64,000 nt of DNA from Camelus ferus. Lineage: Eukaryota. The DNA lies in contig NC_045697.1 in assembly GCF_009834535.1 (NCBI RefSeq), forward strand, positions 6,078,001-6,142,000, in the 5' to 3' direction. A program made the position numbers and the translations under genes. This document shows positions 60,439 to 64,000 of the stretch, one piece after another (the stretch's first letter is position 1; every line of letters begins with the position of its first letter). Below the pieces are notes generated by a model. The model was not told the DNA's origin. It ran no database searches and was given only the letters and a program-made list of their open reading frames with translations.

Positions 60439-62599
60439 ATCGAGCTATTGATGTCCAGCTCAGCTTAGTAAAAACATGCCCAGTGGCAGGTCAGCAAGTT
60501 CTGGACTGTGAGCTGAAGGCAGGAGTGCCCTGGCGAGGCCACTGCTGACCGCGGGTGTCGGCTCCCTTCTCGACAACTGTGTAGGACTAACTGACCCTGG
60601 CAGCTATGAGGAGGTCGGGTGAAATGACACGCGATCGTTGTAAAGCAAAACACAAATGAATGCAGGCTGATCGAGTCCGGAGCCCAGAGGAGCAACATGC
60701 GGGGGTAACTCCTGCTGCTTTGTTGACACAGGAGTGAAATCAGCCGTGGGGAAGTCCACGAAAGCTGTCCTTTGGGAAGCGCTCCCCATGTGGTATCAGC
60801 CACTGCTGTTACTTTATGCATGCCATGTTGTCCTCCTGAGCTCTCTCCAGTCCCGAAGTGATGCTCATGTGCTGATCCTTCTATTTTTCAGGACTCTGGG
60901 ATACACAGAGGGCTGGAGTGGCAGATGAATGTGAGGGAAAGAGGGGAGGGGCCGAGAGCATTGCTGGGTAGCTGACGCGAGATCCCAGCTCAGTCAGCAT
61001 CACCAAGAGCCTCCTTTTGAGCAGTTCACAGAGGGAGGTGAGGGGTGGGAAGGGAAGCGTGGTTCTGGGGTGAAGGACAGAGAGATAGGTGCCCAGGAGT
61101 CCCACCCACCTTGGGAAAGGGACGCTGTGCCTGGCACGGGCACGACTCGGGCCCTGAGAGACAGCGCTGGGGCCTGCAAAAGCCCATCCAATTCCCTTGG
61201 CGTCGATTAAGAGTAACCGGGCCACCTTCTCAGGGCTGATCCCGTTCCCCGTGCCCTAATGTTGACAAAGGTGGCCTGGAGAGGCAGAAGGAAATCACTT
61301 GATTTCTGGAAGACATCTCCCCAGGTGTCTTTATCAACTGACCTCCGATGTCAGCACAGCCCACCTGCTAGAAAGATGACATTTCTGTGCCTGGGGTGGC
61401 TTCAGCTGTGCTTTCGGACACAGACACACCAGGACAAAGTCTGTCTCTGAGCCATGGGATTGCTTTCCCAGGCTTTTCAAATCTTCCACAAGTATCTAGC
61501 TGGTGCCCACCGCCTCCTTTCCCCAAGCAGTCACCCAACCTCTGTCGTGATGTCTCTTTTGCTGCAATAAATCATTCCTGGGTGCCAGGACTATTCAACC
61601 ATTGGTTTGGCAGCCTCCACATAGACTGTGTAAGATGGTGACTCAGAGCCCGGGATTTGATGTCAGATCTCAAATCCCAGCTGCCCCAGCACGTTTCATG
61701 GGACAAGCTGCCTCCCTGCCAAGTGGGGATAAGGGAGAACTCATCACAGGGTCACGTGCAGACCGAATGAGACGTCTGGTGCATACCTAGGGTGGGAACT
61801 GCTGTGTCAAGTGGTAATTCTGTTTATTTGAGAAACACCAAACTATCTTCCACAGTGGCCAAACCAGTTTATATTCCCACCTGCCGCTCCTGGGTGTATA
61901 CGTTTGCAATTGCCTCCCGCATAGCAAGAGTCTGGTAAACATTCGCTGTTGCTGTTCTTGTTCGGAAATCTCTTTATCGATCATGATGTTTTAGTCTTGT
62001 TCCTTGACTTATTCCTTTATAGATGTTGACAGAGCACCTACTGCGTGGCCAGCACAGTGCTGGATACTGAGAAGGTGGCAAAGAAGGGTAAGCCTGTACT
62101 CCTATCGGGTATTTCAGTCTAATCAGAAGGATGAGCCACAGGAAGGGACTTACTTTAAGTAAGCACCTACTGTGTGCCAGGCACTGGTTCTGTACAGCCC
62201 CATCAAACCCCAAGAGCAGCCACTGTGATCTCATTATTTCCACTCCACAGCTAGCGTGCTGGGCGTTCAGAGATCACCCCACTTGCCCAAAGCACCATGG
62301 CTGATGGATGAGAACTGAGGCTTAAAGCAAGAGCACCCCCTCTGTCTGCACTGACCCTCTTCCACTGTCCAGCCCAGTCCAAGTGAGCCTGGGGCTTGAT
62401 GTCAGACACATTTCTCTTTGTTCTTTTTGTAGTCTGGCATCCAGACGACTTCTCACTTGGGAGGAGCTCCCATTTGTGGGTCTCATGGGAAAGTCTTTTT
62501 CAGCTTCTCCTGGATTCCCTTCCACCAATGATCCCATTTCTCTGGAGCATCACCAATTTCTCCTTCTCTCTTAGGTCACCCCTGGCTACATAAAAAAAG

Positions 62600-63285
62600 T
62601 CTTAATATTACAATTAAGAAAACAAAAACAAAACTAAGTGTTGGCAAGGATGTGGAGAAATTAGAGCTCTCCTATGCTGCTAGTGGGGATGTAAACTGGT
62701 TTGGCCACTGTGGGAAATCATTTGATGGCTTCTCAAAAAATAAATGTATGACACGGCAACTCCACTCCCAGGTTAAAACCAAGAGAATTGAAAACAGGTG
62801 TTCAAACAAAAACTTATACACGAATGCTCACAGCACTGCTATTCACAATAGCCGAAAGGTGGAAACGGCCCAAATGTCCATCCTCTGATGAATGGGTAAA
62901 CAAAGTGGTCTCTCCGTACAATGGAATGTAAGTTCTGATACGTGATGCAATGTGGAAGGATCTTAAAACCCTTATGCTAAGTGAAGAGAGGCTAGATCTG
63001 AATGATCACATATTGTGTGATTCCATTTTAGTAAAATGTCCAAAAGAGGAACTTGGCGGAGGCAGAATGCAGAGCAGTGTTTGCCAGGGGCTGGGGGAGA
63101 AGGTGATTGGGGGGGGCTATTTTATGGTTGAGAAGGTTGCTTTGGGGGGGTGAAAATGGTTTTGGATCTAGACAGATGTGGTGGTTGTACAGAATTGTGA
63201 ATGTATTAAATGCTGTCCAGTTGTTCACTTTGAAATGGTTATTTTTATGTTAAGTGCATTTCACCTCAATGGGAAAAATAAAAAA
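62600..63285 (+). mobile_element. Old L1 (L1MB-like) 3' end
   Basis: aagtgttggcaaggatgtggagaaatt...tattcacaatagccgaaaggtggaaac...cactttgaaatggt. Confidence 0.85.
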
Positions 63286-64000
63286 ACAACCTCCTGTGAC
63301 CACCTGGAGATGTCCACCTGGCGTCAGCCCATTTCCTGGCTCTTGCTACGGGAACCCACTGTCTCACGTCTGGTCCTCCCCAGCTGATGCCCACGGGGCT
63401 GACCCACCAGGCCGCTCAAACTGCTCTTTTGAGAACATCAATCATCCAAAGTCAACAGTCAAGTCCCTGTAATCTCCCTGCAGCTTTGGTGAAGCCGACC
63501 ACTCCACTTCCTCTGGGTCCTTCTGGAAACTTCCTTTTCCCATCTCCTGGGCCACACACTGGCCTGGTTATCCCTCTGCCCCCCTGACCACTCGTTCTGA
63601 GTCCCTTCTGCTGCTCCCTGTCACCTACCAACCTCCGGGGGTGGAGGGCCCCAGGACTCAGCTCAAGGCCCTGCTCCCCACTTCGCCCACACTCTCTCCG
63701 GGGCTGTCCTCACCCAGACTCATCTGTCATCTTAAAACCACCAGCATGCTGCCAGCTCCCAAATCCATCTCTCCAGCTTGGACTGTGTCCCAGAGATCCA
63801 GACTCCTATGTCCACACACCCGGTCAGTGCCCTCACTTGGCTCAGAAGCTTCTCAAGCAGAGCAGGTCCCCAGTTGAACTGAATTTGGCCAATATCGCTG
63901 CTACCAACTAGCTGTGTGACTGAGCAGGCCACGGAGGTCCCAGGTGACCAAGAGGCCTTGTCTGCTCCCCAGCCTCTTCACTTGCTCTCTCCCGCGTCCT

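Noticed and set aside
1..64000. Prokaryotic systems (CRISPR arrays, operons, defence islands)
   Set aside because: The sequence is mammalian intron/exon DNA throughout; I saw no repeat-spacer array or gene-dense foreign segment.

Overview
This is mammalian genomic DNA, most likely camelid, judging by three Vic-1-type tRNA-derived SINEs. It contains the 5' half of SLC2A9 (GLUT9 urate transporter) on the minus strand. Recognisable exons are the short-isoform start exon (54454-54554), the long-isoform start exon (49157-49270), and common coding exons of 99 nt (46545-46643), 161 nt (29236-29396) and 146 nt (21797-21942). A candidate non-coding first exon with HNF1-like sites lies near 60.3 kb. 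The rest is intronic and rich in L1, L2, MIR, MaLR/ERV LTRs, DNA-transposon relics and one U6-L1 chimera. Main observation: I could not find the 125-nt exon (TM3-TM4) that should lie between the 161-nt and 146-nt exons. The flanking splice phases are incompatible without it, and the surviving exons carry radical substitutions at conserved residues (human numbering Y71C, N90S, G120S, Y188H, T215P). This copy of SLC2A9 may therefore be a decaying pseudogene, unless the gap is an assembly artefact. Comparisons with human GLUT9 and repeat consensus sequences are from memory, not from database searches. Nearly all ORFs in the supplied track are spurious.
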